NCBI GenBank assembly: GCA_023920165.1
Contig: CP089274.1
Span: forward strand, 2,604,001 to 2,668,000
Length of the DNA stretch: 64,000 bases
Direction: 5' to 3'
DNA from: Curvularia clavata
Lineage: Eukaryota
Shown here: one piece after another, positions 61,671-64,000 of the stretch
Numbering within the stretch: position 1 is the stretch's first letter
How the letters are laid out: each line of letters starts with the position of its first letter
Notes under the pieces: model-generated
What the model saw: only the letters and a program-made list of their open reading frames with translations
Database searches by the model: none
Told to the model about the DNA's origin: nothing
Translations under genes and position numbers: made by a program

Positions 61671-63051
61671 TCATTCGACGTGGTCAACCTTGCGTTTCTC
61701 GCTTGCGCCCTTGATTACCCTGGATAGGTCCACGACTGCATCAATTAGCAACTAGCAAAAGAGTTGTTCGTCCATTTGGTAACTTACGAGGCAGGTCGAA
61801 CGGGAAGTCAACGCTGGCCAGCATGATAGCAAAGAAGATGTACCATCCTAGCAAGCAGGTAACGAAGCAAAATGCACCCGCAGCCTCAGCAAGTTTCTTG
61901 GCAAGATTCGGGTTTCCGTTGGCAACTTGGAAGTAGCTGCCTGCTAGGAGACCAAAGGCTGGCGTTAGGGTGAAGAAGATGAGGAAGAAGAAGAGGTTAG
62001 TACGAATCGAGCAAATGAGGAAGACGAAGCATAGTATGCCCATTGCGATCTGGAAGTATGCTATAGCAGGTCAGAAGCATGCACATATTTCACCATTACT
62101 GAGGACATACCAATGCCGGCATTAAAGCCAACTGACTCAAGACCTGTGCTGCCTTGCACTGCGGGATTGGCATACGCCCCATACGCATTGTAAAAAGGCT
62201 GGAGGGTAGCAGCGAAGCCCAGCCAGAAAGCACCGAAGGAGCAGAAGACGACAAAGGGAAAAGTGTTGCCTAAGATCCACTATGAAGAATTAGTATCATC
62301 TTCAACGAAGAGAGGGCATTGTGCTTACTTCACCAAGACCGCCGAGAACCATCAAAAGACCTCCAGCAAAGTAATACCATCCAACGCTTGATGCACCATT
62401 GCCTCCAGCGCCTCGCCAGCCCATTAGAATCATACTCAGTGGATGGAGAGACAACAAGAACCCAATGAGAGCACTGCTTATATTAGTGACCAGCAATGTA
62501 CTCAAGAATAGGGGAGAGGGGCGTACAGTGGTGTGGGGTTACCAAAAGTCTTTCGTAATTCACCTTTGACTTTGTTCTGAGGCGAGAGATAGAGTTTCTC
62601 AAACAGCTCTGGTGAGATGGAGATGCTGCCTGCCGTGCGGATCTGATGAAGCGCGGTGTTAGAATCAACCGATGCGTCGAGATTGAGTTGTCCAGGATAG
62701 CCATTGCCATATGCTACATCCCGTCAGTTCGCAACTGTACTGAGAGTTCAACACGTGCTTACCATCGTGTCGTGAGAAGTCCTTCTCTAATCCATTGTGT
62801 ACATCCATTGGTCTTGCCATTGACTCGTTCCTTGCGGTTGAAGCTGACAGTGTCTCGGCATCTCGTGCAGTTGTTGAGCCAAGATGGGCGTCGTTTGTGA
62901 TATCCTTTTGTTGGTGATTCGAATCCATACAGGCTGCGTGGTTATCAAAGACCGTTCTTCCGTTGGAACTGGAATCTGAGTTGGGGTGTTCTTCGTGATG
63001 GGGAAGGGAGGGGACAGTAGTTGGGGATGGAGAAGTTGGATAGCTAGACAT
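61671..63051 (-). CDS. GPR1/FUN34/YaaH (SatP) family acetate transporter-like (AlcS/AcpA-like), multi-exon
   Basis: ISISPELFEKLYLSP; FGNPTPL; WYYFAGGLLM; GNTFPFVVFCSFGAFW; LICSIRTN; last exon ends at TGA 61671. Start is 63051 or 62928. Confidence 0.9.
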
Positions 63052-64000
63052 GGGGGGCTAGGAGACTGAGGAGAAGGGGTTGATATACAGTGAGCGAGAC
63101 AATCGGTGGAGGGAGTAAGAGATATGAATATTCGGGAGACCCGGAGCACGGATCTCAATCGCAAGAAGGCATAGCTGCGGACGAAAGCAAGTGATCATCA
63201 CCAAGCATGCACAATCCACCGTATGAACGTCCCAGTACAGTAGCAATGCGACAGCCAACCGTTGCGGCTCCGCCTTCAACATGGTACGTAAGATTACATT
63301 GGCTGGAGGCAAATCTATCCAAACTAGAGCTGGTCAAGCGTCCAAACTTTGATTCGTCTGGTCATGAGGAGGTGTTTCGTAGTCGAGAACGTGGCTTTAC
63401 AGAGAGATCCTGGCGACCGCAGCGGGCGGGGGCGTGTCGCGCAGCCACTTGGGAAATGTTGAGTATCCTTCCAGAGCTTCGTCTTGATGTATGCCACAGC
63501 CTGGCACAACACTCACACGTTGGTTACGGAAAACGTTGATCCAAATGACCCAATAGAGCGCCGTACCAAGATCTGTTCACTCTGCGCCATCAAGACCCGG
63601 CGATCACGATGCCCAAACAAGTCACAATGGTAATGGTATGCATCAGGGACCATGACATGATCATGACCCTAACAGGCAACGACCCGAAGAGGATCCACAG
63701 TTCCAGTGAGTACTAGGATCGATCTCGAAGAGTCGAGCGGAGAAGCGGCATGAGGATACGGGGATTACGTGCGGAGCCTGGACTTGGAAGCCGAGCGATC
63801 GGCAGACCGGCACTAATGGACTTGACTTTGCGGGGAAAAAAGCTAAAAACACTAACCCCGGACGCAAGGTTCGCAGCCTTATTTCCCCATATCAGAGTAT
63901 CTCATGTCTCAGCAGGTGTTCCTCACACGGCTCCTGCTGGCCATTGAAAGTGACATAAGTTGCTTGTGTGGCCGTGGGATGGACTGGAGCAATCCAATCA

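Noticed and set aside
1..64000. Intact transposons, RIP-ed AT-rich blocks, CRISPR arrays, TPP riboswitch, TGA-CTA readthrough PTS1 extensions
   Set aside because: None recognised on manual reading; covariance-model and repeat searches could still reveal weak cases.

Overview
Gene-dense euchromatic segment of a filamentous ascomycete genome. Short GT-AG introns with CTRAC branch sites and dispersed 5S and tRNA genes are visible; Dothideomycete/Pleosporales-like is an inference. It contains about 27 protein-coding genes. An accessory/metabolic block at 1-14.5 kb holds NmrA, a class-III aminotransferase, a rhodopsin/PTH11-like protein, an SDR, an MFS-MCT transporter, a bZIP factor and two unknowns. 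Housekeeping genes follow (HAUS3-like, thymidylate synthase, NOG1, GLO3, MTR10, SmE, FAU1, ROT1, eIF3g, URA5, TIM23, GH47), plus two PAN/apple membrane proteins, a Zn2Cys6 factor with about 4 kb of upstream non-coding DNA, an intron-containing tRNA-Glu(CTC) and a divergent 5S rRNA. The most notable items are: (1) an intronless HeLo/SesA-like helical-domain protein with a His/Glu/Arg-rich repeat tail ending in a PTS1 (-SKL); (2) a probable decayed NACHT-ankyrin NLR relic at about 49.8-51.4 kb; (3) a compensated AU-rich 5S rRNA type; (4) a CGCG-rich bidirectional promoter shared by thymidylate synthase and HAUS3. No intact transposon or CRISPR array was seen. All assignments come from reading the sequence by eye; no database searches were run.
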